From the IMG/VR virus record IMGVR_UViG_3300037311_000136, positions 1 to 53,939 of that record: a stretch of DNA of 53,939 bases. One strand, given 5' to 3'. Numbering within the stretch: the first letter of the stretch is position 1; every line of letters starts with the position of its first letter. The notes beneath the pieces are model-generated. The model saw only the letters and a program-made list of their open reading frames with translations, was not told where the DNA came from and ran no database searches. The position numbers and the translations under genes were made by a program. The DNA is from a virus. Lineage: Duplodnaviria > Caudoviricetes. Below, one piece after another: positions 8,274-17,369 of the stretch.

Positions 8274-8513
8274 ATGCGGCCCGACAGCAAAGAAGCATTT
8301 GACTTACATCGCGATATCCATCAGGTAATCGAAGGCACCCCAGTTAAACTGCGTATTGAGTATTACCAGAACCTTTTATATATTCCTGAAGATAAGAATA
8401 ATCCAATTGCCGTAGCAAATTTGGAACAAGTATACTATGCCGTCGAGGTTCTTGAACAAAGACGCGAGAGTATACTTAACGACATGTCCGGCGATGACTG
8501 GCCCCCATTTTAA
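8274..8513 (+). CDS. Hypothetical protein
   Basis: GGAGG RBS before ATG 8274. Confidence 0.65.
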   Translation: MRPDSKEAFDLHRDIHQVIEGTPVKLRIEYYQNLLYIPEDKNNPIAVANLEQVYYAVEVLEQRRESILNDMSGDDWPPF

Positions 8514-8536
8514 CTAACTTATTAGGAGTAGGTAAC

Positions 8537-8947
8537 ATGAGCAAAAAGTATGAACTATTAGAGTGGGACGAACAAACTAAAGTTAGCGGCGAAGAAAAAA
8601 CGCCGACACCTGTGTCAGCGGGTTCTACAAAGCACGACGATAAGAAACCGCGGCCCGAGCTAATTCCCGCTGACGTGCTTGTTAAAGTTGCCGAAGTACT
8701 GGCAGATGGCGCACGGCGCTATGGTGCGCGGAATTGGTCGGAAGGCGGCGGGTTTCAGTGGAGTCGGCTGCAAGGTGCGACAATGCGGCACCTACTTAAG
8801 TTTGCTTCCGGAGTTGATAAAGACCCGGACTCAGGCCTTGACCATCTGGCGCACGGCATTTGCTCCCTCATGTTTCTATACGCGCACCAACTTCGTAATC
8901 TCGGCACGGACGATAGGGATAAAACCGAACGCAAAATCGAGGATTAA
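8537..8947 (+). CDS. dATP/dGTP diphosphohydrolase-domain protein (DUF5664-type)
   Basis: KHDDKKPRPELIP, GARRYGARNW, MRHL, DSGLDHLAH motifs. Confidence 0.8.
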   Translation: MSKKYELLEWDEQTKVSGEEKTPTPVSAGSTKHDDKKPRPELIPADVLVKVAEVLADGARRYGARNWSEGGGFQWSRLQGATMRHLLKFASGVDKDPDSGLDHLAHGICSLMFLYAHQLRNLGTDDRDKTERKIED

Positions 8948-8949
8948 GT

Positions 8950-9297
8950 ATGGCCTTCCCAACTATGATTAGTCAGCCCATCCCCGGCGGCCGACTTTCC
9001 TCGAATGAAGTGCAACGCAACCAGGACAAATTGTCCGCTGCGGCCGGGCGGTTCGGCGCCGTGTTCTCTGTACAATTCCCGGGAACAGTCAATAGATTGG
9101 GGACAGTGGGGTACGAGTATTTTTCCTACCAAGAAGAAAATCGCATTTGGGTAAGACTTTACGGTTCGGTAGCCGACGCAAAGGCGGTTGCTAAAGAATT
9201 AGGGCGCACTTGCCGAATAGTAAAAGTAAGTGGGTATCTTACATCGGATGGGCGACTTGCTGTGCATTCTGTACTAGGTTTTGTACAAGGAGAATAA
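8950..9297 (+). CDS. Hypothetical protein
   Basis: Operon continuity; GAGG upstream. Confidence 0.6.
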   Translation: MAFPTMISQPIPGGRLSSNEVQRNQDKLSAAAGRFGAVFSVQFPGTVNRLGTVGYEYFSYQEENRIWVRLYGSVADAKAVAKELGRTCRIVKVSGYLTSDGRLAVHSVLGFVQGE

Positions 9298-9886
9298 TGT
9301 GCTTGTTAATACGCCGTGGATTGAATGTTTTATGCGAGAAGAAGCTTGGTATGATTGGGATGGTAGGCCAGGCTGGCGTACAGTAATTTTATTTGCTGTG
9401 CAGGCAGTTCCGGGCCGCGCCCTTGGCCATTGGGTTATGACGGATGCCGGAGAAATCCGCGCAAATGTTCCGGCCCACGCGCTTGCTTGGAAGAAGCTTG
9501 ACGGGCCAGTGCCGCCGCTTCCTACCGTGCAAGCGTGGAACGCGCAGAGTACTATGTTTAGCTTGTCCGTTAACGCTTTTCTTTCCGGCCTCCGCGTGTT
9601 AGTTAGATTGCCGCAGCAGGGCGAAGGGCGGTATATGTACACGCTAGTCTGGCACGGAAACGAAGACGCCCGCGCTTCGCATGCAGAGAACGTTACCGAA
9701 AGTAAACCGTTTCACCTTATTAAAATGGACAATGGACTATTTGTATATACCCGCAATTCCGACGCAAGGTTCGTAGATAAAGAGTTTACTGCCCGCAAAG
9801 TACTAGAGGCACCCAAAGACAAATACCGGTACGACACCCACGAATTTAATTGCGAGGATGTCAATGTCAACGGCGGAAATACTTAG
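9281..9886 (+). CDS. Hypothetical phage protein (start probably GTG 9299)
   Basis: AAGGAG before GTG 9299; long ORF filling the operon. Confidence 0.65.
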   Translation: MYKENNVLVNTPWIECFMREEAWYDWDGRPGWRTVILFAVQAVPGRALGHWVMTDAGEIRANVPAHALAWKKLDGPVPPLPTVQAWNAQSTMFSLSVNAFLSGLRVLVRLPQQGEGRYMYTLVWHGNEDARASHAENVTESKPFHLIKMDNGLFVYTRNSDARFVDKEFTARKVLEAPKDKYRYDTHEFNCEDVNVNGGNT

Positions 9887-11315
9887 TAAATTTCCTGGCA
9901 GTCCGCGTCCGGTTCAAGCCGAACTGCTGACCCGAATTGCAGAGGCATGGGACACTGCAGACGTTATAGCTATCACTGCCCCGGTTGCTCTAGGCAAGAC
10001 TCGGGTCGCCACTACTATTGCCCGTTGGGCATCTAAAAGAAAGGGGCGCGGAACTAAGTCGCCCGCTAAAGAAAGCAAGGCGGTTATTATTACCCCGTCG
10101 CGTATCCTAACAAAACAATACCAGGCGGATGTTCCATCGGCGCCTATCCTTACCGCCATGGACGAGTATCAATGCGAAAACTCCCCGTCGGTATCGTGCA
10201 AGGAAAAGCGTAGCATGGAGGGCAACTTTTGCCCAGGCTGCCCATATATGAAATCGCTCAAGATGGCACATATAAGTCCATACCTTGTTGTTAATCCATA
10301 TACTTTCTTGGCGCATAAGCTTCGGAACGTAGAAACTATTATTGTTGACGAGGCGCATACACTGGTGGGGGTACTACGTTCAATGGCGGGAAAGAAAATT
10401 TGGCGCCATGACCACGCCTATCCCTCTACGGTGCGGGACACTCGGACACTACTTGCCTGGTTGCGCAGTTACTACGGAACGGAAACTAACCGCACACTTA
10501 AGAGTTTGCGGGAGCAGCTAGAGGGAGAAGCACCGGAACGCTGGCTAGTTACCCGCGAATTGCAGCCGTACCGAGGACAAGAACGAGAGTGCCTACTACT
10601 AGCTCCGGTAGATGTCACCGAGGAGGCCGCGCGGTTTTTTGGACAGACAGTAAAAAAGATTGTCCTTTTATCTGCAACTCTGAGTATGCACGAGCTGCAC
10701 GATTTAAGGCTTAAGGGTAAGCGCGTTGTGCGGCTTGAGGCAGCATCCGCTATTCCTCCAGAACAAAGGCCAATCCTTAAGGAGTATATTGGTACTGCGT
10801 CTTACAAAAACCAAGAAGCCTACGTAGCCAGTCTTTGTAGCTGGTTACTGACTCAGGCCCCTGCTGGCAAGGGCTTTGTTCACATGCCGTATGGCTGGGC
10901 GCACGCCTTGGCTAAGCAAGATGGCGGCGCAAATTCCCGCCTACTTTTCCACGAGGCGCATAACAAGGCGCAAGTTTTAGCAAACTGGCGAAAGTCAAAT
11001 CCGGAACAAGAGCTTATATTAATTGCCTGCGGCATGGAAGAAGGGATTGATTTAAAAGGACTTGAGTTCTCTTGGCAGGCAATAGCTAAGATTACATGGC
11101 CGTCGCTTCAGGACGTAGCCATTAAACACCTGGTAGAAACGCGCGGCGACTGGTTTACCTGGCAAGCTGTAAAGCACGTGGTTCAGGCAAGCGGGCGCAT
11201 TTGCCGGGCGCCCGATGATTTTGGAGTTACACTCATACTTGACGAGCAACTAGAATTTTTGTTAGAACGGGGTAGGCCGTTGTTTCCTAAATCCTTTCTT
11301 GAGGCGGTTCAGTAA
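9858..11315 (+). CDS. DinG/XPD-family SF2 helicase
   Basis: Q motif PRPVQ, Walker A APVALGKT, Cys cluster, DEAH, LSATL, EGIDL, QASGRICR. Confidence 0.85.
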   Translation: MSMSTAEILSKFPGSPRPVQAELLTRIAEAWDTADVIAITAPVALGKTRVATTIARWASKRKGRGTKSPAKESKAVIITPSRILTKQYQADVPSAPILTAMDEYQCENSPSVSCKEKRSMEGNFCPGCPYMKSLKMAHISPYLVVNPYTFLAHKLRNVETIIVDEAHTLVGVLRSMAGKKIWRHDHAYPSTVRDTRTLLAWLRSYYGTETNRTLKSLREQLEGEAPERWLVTRELQPYRGQERECLLLAPVDVTEEAARFFGQTVKKIVLLSATLSMHELHDLRLKGKRVVRLEAASAIPPEQRPILKEYIGTASYKNQEAYVASLCSWLLTQAPAGKGFVHMPYGWAHALAKQDGGANSRLLFHEAHNKAQVLANWRKSNPEQELILIACGMEEGIDLKGLEFSWQAIAKITWPSLQDVAIKHLVETRGDWFTWQAVKHVVQASGRICRAPDDFGVTLILDEQLEFLLERGRPLFPKSFLEAVQ

Positions 11316-11857
11316 TGGCTAGAAAAATACCAACAATGAAAGAGTCGCTCGCAAAGGGGGAGGCCGGGGAACAGCTTCTTATGTCTGTATACCCGCACGG
11401 CCTACTGCACTATCGGCACCGAGAGTTTGATTTTATACGCGACGATTTTAAATCTATCGAGCTTAAGTCAGACGGTAAGGCATCAACAGCCACCGGCAAT
11501 TTCTTTTTTGAACGTTGGACAGTCTCTAAAAGCCGAAAGCCGGGTAGTATCTGGATATCTGCTGAACACAAAGTAGACATATTTCTCTACTTTTTTATTG
11601 GCGACCGGATTCTTTACGAGTGCGAAGACATACCCAGGCTTGTGCACAGGGTAGAGGCAGCTGTACGCAACGCACAAATGCCACTTAAGGTTATTCAAAA
11701 CTATGGCTGGCATGGAGAAGGCTGGGCCGTACCTATTGCAGATGTAGCCGACTTGTTTAAGCGGTATGACTGCTCTAGTGATAAATGTATTCCCGCTACT
11801 GCTAACGTACCTAATTTACCGGTTTCCACTGTCCCCAAGGAGGCATCTAAGAAATGA
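11315..11857 (+). CDS. PD-(D/E)XK restriction-endonuclease-fold protein
   Basis: GEAGE helix, DFI...IELKSD, TGNFFFE motif. Confidence 0.65.
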   Translation: MARKIPTMKESLAKGEAGEQLLMSVYPHGLLHYRHREFDFIRDDFKSIELKSDGKASTATGNFFFERWTVSKSRKPGSIWISAEHKVDIFLYFFIGDRILYECEDIPRLVHRVEAAVRNAQMPLKVIQNYGWHGEGWAVPIADVADLFKRYDCSSDKCIPATANVPNLPVSTVPKEASKK

Positions 11858-12114
11858 AAGAAGTTTATAAAATCCGCGCGCTTAAGCATTTGCAGGCCCT
11901 ATCGGAGCAAGAACACGAAAACGTTGTTAATTACGTGGAAGCTATCATAGCAGCGCAACAGCCAGTTATTGAAATCCCGAACCCATATCTAGAAGACGGC
12001 GCGCCGGAAGCTGACACCCTGGCGCTGTTTTATGCGGCGCTGGCAGTGGGCGGAGAGGTAACAGAGTTTGGCTTTGACTTGCCCACAATTACAATTGACT
12101 TGTCCGGAGAGTGA
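11854..12114 (+). CDS. Hypothetical protein
   Basis: AGGAGG RBS, ATGA overlap. Confidence 0.65.
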   Translation: MKEVYKIRALKHLQALSEQEHENVVNYVEAIIAAQQPVIEIPNPYLEDGAPEADTLALFYAALAVGGEVTEFGFDLPTITIDLSGE

Positions 12115-12115
12115 T

Positions 12116-12427
12116 ATGTCTTTTATAACAATCGATGCGCAATGTCTGCATTGCGGCTTTGAGCACGAGGATTTGCTGTGGCGCAAGTCGGATGACTTGG
12201 CGGTTGACTACACCTGCCCGGAATGCGGGGAAAAGGGCGCCGAGCGCATGTGGACTTCCGGTCCGGCGTTTTGGTTTATTCACGGAAACTTTTCTACTGA
12301 GCGGCACATTAAGCGCGCAATGCGAGAAGAGTCGAGGCTTGCAGGCTATGCTAAGTCTGGATACTCAGGCGCTAAAGAAGAGTTGCTAGACAGAAAAAAA
12401 CATAAGAAAAAGAAGCTCGGGGAGTAG
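12116..12427 (+). CDS. FmdB-like zinc-ribbon protein
   Basis: CLHCG...CPECG with basic C-terminus; GGAG before ATG 12116. Confidence 0.65.
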   Translation: MSFITIDAQCLHCGFEHEDLLWRKSDDLAVDYTCPECGEKGAERMWTSGPAFWFIHGNFSTERHIKRAMREESRLAGYAKSGYSGAKEELLDRKKHKKKKLGE

Positions 12428-12432
12428 TTAGA

Positions 12433-12924
12433 ATGGACAGCACAACCACCCCGCGAAACTGGAAACACATTGGCGCCGCGGCAGTATTGGGGACAGTAAT
12501 AGGTGCTGCGGCCGTCTGGCACTTAAAACCCCCGCAAATTGAAACCCGCGAAGTCGAAGTAGTCAAAACAGAAGTTAAGATTCAGGAAGTTGTAAAGTGG
12601 CGGGATAGAGTCCGCACAAGAGTAGAGACTCGGCCCGACGGTACGCGCATCGAAACAAAAGAAACAGATAAGCTTGTTGAAACCCGGGATGCAGTTACCC
12701 AAAAGGAAGAAGAGTCGCGGAGTCGCGAAGAAGTTCGGCCGGCGCAATCTAGTTATCTAGTCGGTGTACAGCAGACGTTGCCGCTAGACTTTACCTTTAG
12801 TCGCGGCCCGGCCCCCACTATTTATTTTGGCGCGCGAATTGGTACATTGCCTTTGTTTATTACAGTAGGCCATAACCTTGAGTGGAAGTTTGCCCCTATT
12901 GCGGGCGTGCAGTTTGAGTTTTAG
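12433..12924 (+). CDS. Membrane-anchored protein, possible spanin-like lysis accessory
   Basis: N-terminal TM helix, charged linker, C-terminal amphipathic beta strands ending in Phe; converges on the endolysin. Confidence 0.45.
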   Translation: MDSTTTPRNWKHIGAAAVLGTVIGAAAVWHLKPPQIETREVEVVKTEVKIQEVVKWRDRVRTRVETRPDGTRIETKETDKLVETRDAVTQKEEESRSREEVRPAQSSYLVGVQQTLPLDFTFSRGPAPTIYFGARIGTLPLFITVGHNLEWKFAPIAGVQFEF

Positions 12925-13418
12925 TTTGGCAGCTCTAAGTCGCCGGTATGGAAAAGCTTGTACTCGGATGCTCGCCTGGTTTCTAGTCCACGAAGCCTAA
13001 CGCGCTTTCCTTGTTTAGTTGCAAAAACCCAACGCTTCCATTGAAACTCTACGTCGGCCATGCGCCTAGGTGTTGCGCGAATCATCCGCAGCAAAGTTGA
13101 TTTTGTAAAAGCGCCGCGCCCTACGTTGTAAACAAAGCTTGCCAATGCTGCGGCCTGATGCGGAGTTAAGTCCGGCAGCAGCGTAACCAGCCAGTCTATA
13201 TCTGAGCGCACGCGGTTTTCTAGCCACACAAGTTCTTGCTGTGCGGTAGTTGTAGTCTTGGCGTTAACATCACGTCCCGTGCGTCCCCAACCAACTGTCC
13301 AGATACCTACCGGGTCAAGGTAAGCCTTTTTGCGGAACCCCTCGTAATGTTGAATAAGTTCAATTGCAAGCGGGACGGCCGCTGCGTCATCCCATTCCGG
13401 ATTGACATCTCTTAGCAT
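12921..13418 (-). CDS. Endolysin, GH24 phage lysozyme
   Basis: EGFRKKAYLDPVGIWTVGWG (E-D-T triad), SFVYNVG, GLETRRASE. Confidence 0.92.
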   Translation of the reverse strand: MLRDVNPEWDDAAAVPLAIELIQHYEGFRKKAYLDPVGIWTVGWGRTGRDVNAKTTTTAQQELVWLENRVRSDIDWLVTLLPDLTPHQAAALASFVYNVGRGAFTKSTLLRMIRATPRRMADVEFQWKRWVFATKQGKRVRLRGLETRRASEYKLFHTGDLELPN

Positions 13419-13465
13419 TTATTGTAACCTCAATGGGGGCTATTCCCCGATAGGAGTAATCTACC

Positions 13466-13957
13466 ATGGCGAAAGAGTTCAGTCAAATCATTAAGCCCCG
13501 CGGCATTACAGATGCTTCTCCCCGCCCAGACACGCTGTTAATTTTGGGACTGCGGCTAACCGAAAATACACTGGCTGCAGCAGACAGCCCGCACCACGAA
13601 TGGCTTTCAATTAAAGGTGGCGAAGCGGTCCCCTTTAAAGCTGTCACTGCCCCCGTTGCCGAAGAAGACCAGCCTAAGGCCGGCGTTAAAGCCAAGCCCG
13701 CGGCAACTAAATCTCCCGGCATGCAGGCGCTTGTATTTGGGGAAGCGGCTCCGCGCTTTAACTCAATCCGCATTGAAGTAAACTCGGAAATTGTAGAGCG
13801 GGTGGGCGCTGTGTTTATTCAGCCCGAAATTTCGGCCGAGCGTAATTTTACCCGCAAGCTGGTTATGGGCTTTGCCCGCCCAGTGAATGAAATTGAGCTC
13901 GCGGACTTGCCTTGGCTAATTCGCGTCCGCCAATCCTCCTCTCGCGGGCGTATTTAA
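13466..13957 (+). CDS. Hypothetical protein, opposite orientation to both neighbours
   Basis: AGGAG RBS; 163-codon ORF filling the gap, stop abutting the stop of the 1135-aa gene. Confidence 0.7.
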   Translation: MAKEFSQIIKPRGITDASPRPDTLLILGLRLTENTLAAADSPHHEWLSIKGGEAVPFKAVTAPVAEEDQPKAGVKAKPAATKSPGMQALVFGEAAPRFNSIRIEVNSEIVERVGAVFIQPEISAERNFTRKLVMGFARPVNEIELADLPWLIRVRQSSSRGRI

Positions 13958-16900
13958 TTACTCGCCCGGTTCTCTATCCCTAAGCCTGGGCAAGTCCTCG
14001 TTAATAACACGAGGTACGTACCCACCAGGACCAAGCGTTGAAAATAGCTTTAGGGCACCTTCTGCTAAAGGCTCTGCATTTTCTTGGTCTAGGCTTTTGC
14101 TTACTGCCTTAAAGGCATCTTTTGCTTGCTTTACTATAAGCGGGGTAAACATTTCGTTGTTGCCTATACCAACTACATTGCCGGCAGATGTAAACGGGGC
14201 GTTACTTGACAGCCCGTCGGAGCCTAAAAAATACTGCAAACGCGGGCTTTCTTCTACACGCTCGTCTATTTGAAATGCTTTGTCTGCCAAGCTTAGCAGT
14301 CCCCATACGCCGCCGTATTTTGAAAATTCTTCTACTCCGCGGCCTTGTCTAACCCCCTGCAATAGCTCTGATGCAACGGAAACAGGCCAGCGACTAAATG
14401 TAGAAAACAGCGGGCCCAAGTCTCGAATAAGCCCAGAAGTACTGGCTTTATCATAGTTAAACAAAAACCGAGATTGCGAGTACTTATTTAACTCGTCGCG
14501 CACAGCTTCTATTTTTTGGGCTTCCGGCAGGTCAGACGAAAGCAATTTATTTAGGTTACGGCGATTGCCGGCATCCATACCTTGAAGTAGTTGCTTTGGG
14601 CCTGTCTGCCCACTAACTAATTCTTCGGCCGCTTTTGTATTAAGCGTGTCCATTACCCGTTTGTTAAGGGTTTCTGTGTAACTATACACAGCCATAAGTT
14701 TATCAGACACATAATCAAGAGTTTCTTTGGGTACAGCAAAAGCAGGACTTTTTGCAAGTTCATTGCGGATTGTAGTCCTAAATGCCGGGCGATTAAAGTC
14801 CGAAGATAATCCTTGCGCCTCAAAACGCGCGTCAATTTCTTTTCCTTTTGACGCAGCAGCTTTCATGGCCGCAGGAAGATTTTTAATTGTCCAGCCGGGA
14901 CCGTACTGCGGCGCTAAGACTGTAGCAGTACTTGACAAGTTTGTAAGCAGTGATTTTGGTTTTGTTAGTACGTTAACATAAACTTGTCGCAGCAAGTAGT
15001 CCATTGCTTGCGGGGCTTCTGATAATGTTTCAAGTAAAGCAGCCTTAGGTATGTTTCCTTGGGCACGCGCTTCGTCTGCGGCAACTCCATATTTTGTAGA
15101 AAACTTACGGCGGGCGTCTTCAACTGCAGCCGCCGCTGCGCCTTGTCCGCCCGACATATCCCGCACCCAGTTTTCAATAAAAGCCACGGCTTCTTTATCG
15201 CCTTCGCGCCCCGACCGAGCGGCAATCCGGGCTAGTTGCCCGCGCATTTCTGCTAGCGGCTCCTGCAAAAAAGCGCCGCGGACGTTGACATCGTAATATT
15301 TGTTTAGTAGTCGCACGGGGTTAGTTTCTTTGGCCCATTCAGGGTACTCGCCCTTACGTGCAAATATGGCAGATAGTGTGTCTGCACCCTCTGTAGACAT
15401 ATCCGACTTAACGCCACCCAAACTGCGCACCACACTGAACACATCTTCGCCGGACTCTACTCGCTTGCCGGTTAATGTTTCAAGCAATGTTCTATCAGAC
15501 TCGCCCAGCACGTCATCTACGTTTCCGAACTTTCTCCAATTAGCCAAGTCGCCGCCGACTAAATCGCGAAAGTGATTAATAGCGGAGCGGGTTAAGTCTG
15601 TTCCCGTTTTGAGCATTTCGGGAACATAGTACTGTCCCCTGTCCTTAATCTTAACGCCGCGAGATTCTGCAAGCTTTTTGCCTGCGGCAAATCCCTCTTG
15701 TAGCAACTTTACGGCCGGCTGCATTTCGTCTGTAATAGCGGACAAGTCGCCGCCCTCTGCTTTGCGCATTGCCTGAAACAACTCGTCGGGACTGTATGAG
15801 GCGTTTTGTAAAAGCTTGTCTACAGGCTTTGCAATCTTAACGGCCATTTGCGCTTTTGTATTGTCAAACTGTTTCATTGCTGAGGAAGTGTTTTGGATTA
15901 CAGGCTGCAGTTTTGAGCTGTACATTTCGTCTAGTTCGTTTGCAAATCGCCCAACGTCGCCCTGCCTTTGTACCATGCGCAGGAATCCTTCGGCCGCTCC
16001 GGAATCGGGCCCAATTGCGCCAATTTCCTTTTGCGCGGCTTCAATGGCCTTGGTAGTAACGTATTCGTCAATTCGTCTTCCGGCAAACTCGTCGCCGCGG
16101 GCCGCTAATTCCTCTACAAACTTTTCCGGGTTTTTAGAAATAGCGGCGGGACTGCGGCCTAGAGACTGTTGCAAAAACTCCCGTACGTCTGCGTCCTTAA
16201 GGAACTTAGACTTTTCTTTATTGGCAACTACGTCTGTAAGTTTTTCTGTAAGATTAGAAAATACGTTGTCGGGATTTTCCCTTAGTATGCCGGCTGCGCG
16301 GGCATCTATAGTGTTATTAAAAGCTTCGAGGGCTTCTTTGCGGGCGCGTGCGTTCTCTCCAAACAAAGACGCCGTGCCGCCTATAAAAGCGCCGCCGAGT
16401 GCGCCAGCAGCAGCAAGCTTGGCCTTGTCTAGAAGGGTGTCGTCGCTATCCGAAAGCAGCGCGGGGCCTCCCACAGCGCCCGCAACCGGAGCGCCTATTT
16501 TAATTGCCCGCCCAGCCTTTTTAGATATTGCCGAGGCGGTTTCTCCTGCGGCCGGTATGGCGCCCAGAAGCCCGCTAATGGCCGCCCCTGTCCCCTCTTG
16601 TCCCGAGGCGGCAGATGCTGCGCCAATTACCGCGCCTTCTAGTGCCTGCTCCGTTCCGGCTACGGCCCCGCCACCAATCTTTGCGGCCCTTTCGCCCACC
16701 CCAGCAGCACGTAATGCGCCGCCTGCTTTGGCTGCAATTGTTTTTGCCGCGCCAATTCCGCCCAAAATAGCGGGCGCAACTTCAGTAGCAATATCGGCAA
16801 CCTTGCCGGCGGTTGTTGTACGCGCGGAAGCCTTTTCTTGCAAAGCCTCAAGCGCTTTCTCTTCCGCGTCCGTCGTCCCAAATTTTTTTACTGCCCCGGG

Positions 16901-17365
16901 TAGTAAAGATGCTGCAAAGCCGGCGGCTATTCCCGGGATTCCGCCGAGCGCTCCGGCAGCCGCGCCCGCCCGCGGAACGTACTTAGCGGCTTTTTCGTAG
17001 ATATCACGCCCAGTCAGCTTGTCGTCATCTAAATCCGATGTTTCTACCCCCACAGTGAGAGGGGCGAGGTTCTGTAGCTTGTCTGCACTTACACCAAACT
17101 GCTTGGCGGTTTCTTCTATTTCTGCACGAGATACTTTACCAACAAAGCTTTTAGGTTCTTCTGGGGTTTCCGCAGGGCTTTTGGTTAGTCCAAGAAGTTC
17201 TTTATCGGCGTCGGTTAGGCCCTGGGCCGCTGGTGTAGGCGCGGTGTCTACAAGGCCCAGTAACTTTTTGTCTTCTTCTGTTAAATCTTTATCTGCAAAA
17301 CTAACGTCGGGCGTTGTATCTGTAAGGCCCAGTAAACGCTTGTCTTCTTCTGTTAGCTTTGCCAT
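13958..17365 (-). CDS. Large internal virion (DNA ejection) protein
   Basis: 1135 aa; A/G-rich glycine-zipper segments; N-terminal LTxxDKxLLGL repeats; last gene of the structural block. Confidence 0.65.
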   Translation of the reverse strand: MAKLTEEDKRLLGLTDTTPDVSFADKDLTEEDKKLLGLVDTAPTPAAQGLTDADKELLGLTKSPAETPEEPKSFVGKVSRAEIEETAKQFGVSADKLQNLAPLTVGVETSDLDDDKLTGRDIYEKAAKYVPRAGAAAGALGGIPGIAAGFAASLLPGAVKKFGTTDAEEKALEALQEKASARTTTAGKVADIATEVAPAILGGIGAAKTIAAKAGGALRAAGVGERAAKIGGGAVAGTEQALEGAVIGAASAASGQEGTGAAISGLLGAIPAAGETASAISKKAGRAIKIGAPVAGAVGGPALLSDSDDTLLDKAKLAAAGALGGAFIGGTASLFGENARARKEALEAFNNTIDARAAGILRENPDNVFSNLTEKLTDVVANKEKSKFLKDADVREFLQQSLGRSPAAISKNPEKFVEELAARGDEFAGRRIDEYVTTKAIEAAQKEIGAIGPDSGAAEGFLRMVQRQGDVGRFANELDEMYSSKLQPVIQNTSSAMKQFDNTKAQMAVKIAKPVDKLLQNASYSPDELFQAMRKAEGGDLSAITDEMQPAVKLLQEGFAAGKKLAESRGVKIKDRGQYYVPEMLKTGTDLTRSAINHFRDLVGGDLANWRKFGNVDDVLGESDRTLLETLTGKRVESGEDVFSVVRSLGGVKSDMSTEGADTLSAIFARKGEYPEWAKETNPVRLLNKYYDVNVRGAFLQEPLAEMRGQLARIAARSGREGDKEAVAFIENWVRDMSGGQGAAAAAVEDARRKFSTKYGVAADEARAQGNIPKAALLETLSEAPQAMDYLLRQVYVNVLTKPKSLLTNLSSTATVLAPQYGPGWTIKNLPAAMKAAASKGKEIDARFEAQGLSSDFNRPAFRTTIRNELAKSPAFAVPKETLDYVSDKLMAVYSYTETLNKRVMDTLNTKAAEELVSGQTGPKQLLQGMDAGNRRNLNKLLSSDLPEAQKIEAVRDELNKYSQSRFLFNYDKASTSGLIRDLGPLFSTFSRWPVSVASELLQGVRQGRGVEEFSKYGGVWGLLSLADKAFQIDERVEESPRLQYFLGSDGLSSNAPFTSAGNVVGIGNNEMFTPLIVKQAKDAFKAVSKSLDQENAEPLAEGALKLFSTLGPGGYVPRVINEDLPRLRDREPGE

Positions 17366-17369
17366 GGGA

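Noticed and set aside
8537-8947. 2-aminoadenine (dZ) or other modified-base pathway
   Set aside because: Only the diphosphohydrolase domain is present; no PurZ or other base-synthesis gene was recognised
937-11315. Cas4 plus DinG as a type IV-like CRISPR system
   Set aside because: No repeat-spacer array and no Cas1/5/6/7-like genes seen; solo Cas4-like nucleases and DinG helicases occur in phages
15816-17000. 394-aa plus-strand ORF and similar long antisense ORFs over structural genes
   Set aside because: Shadow frames of Ala/Gly-rich minus-strand genes; no RBS or recognisable motifs
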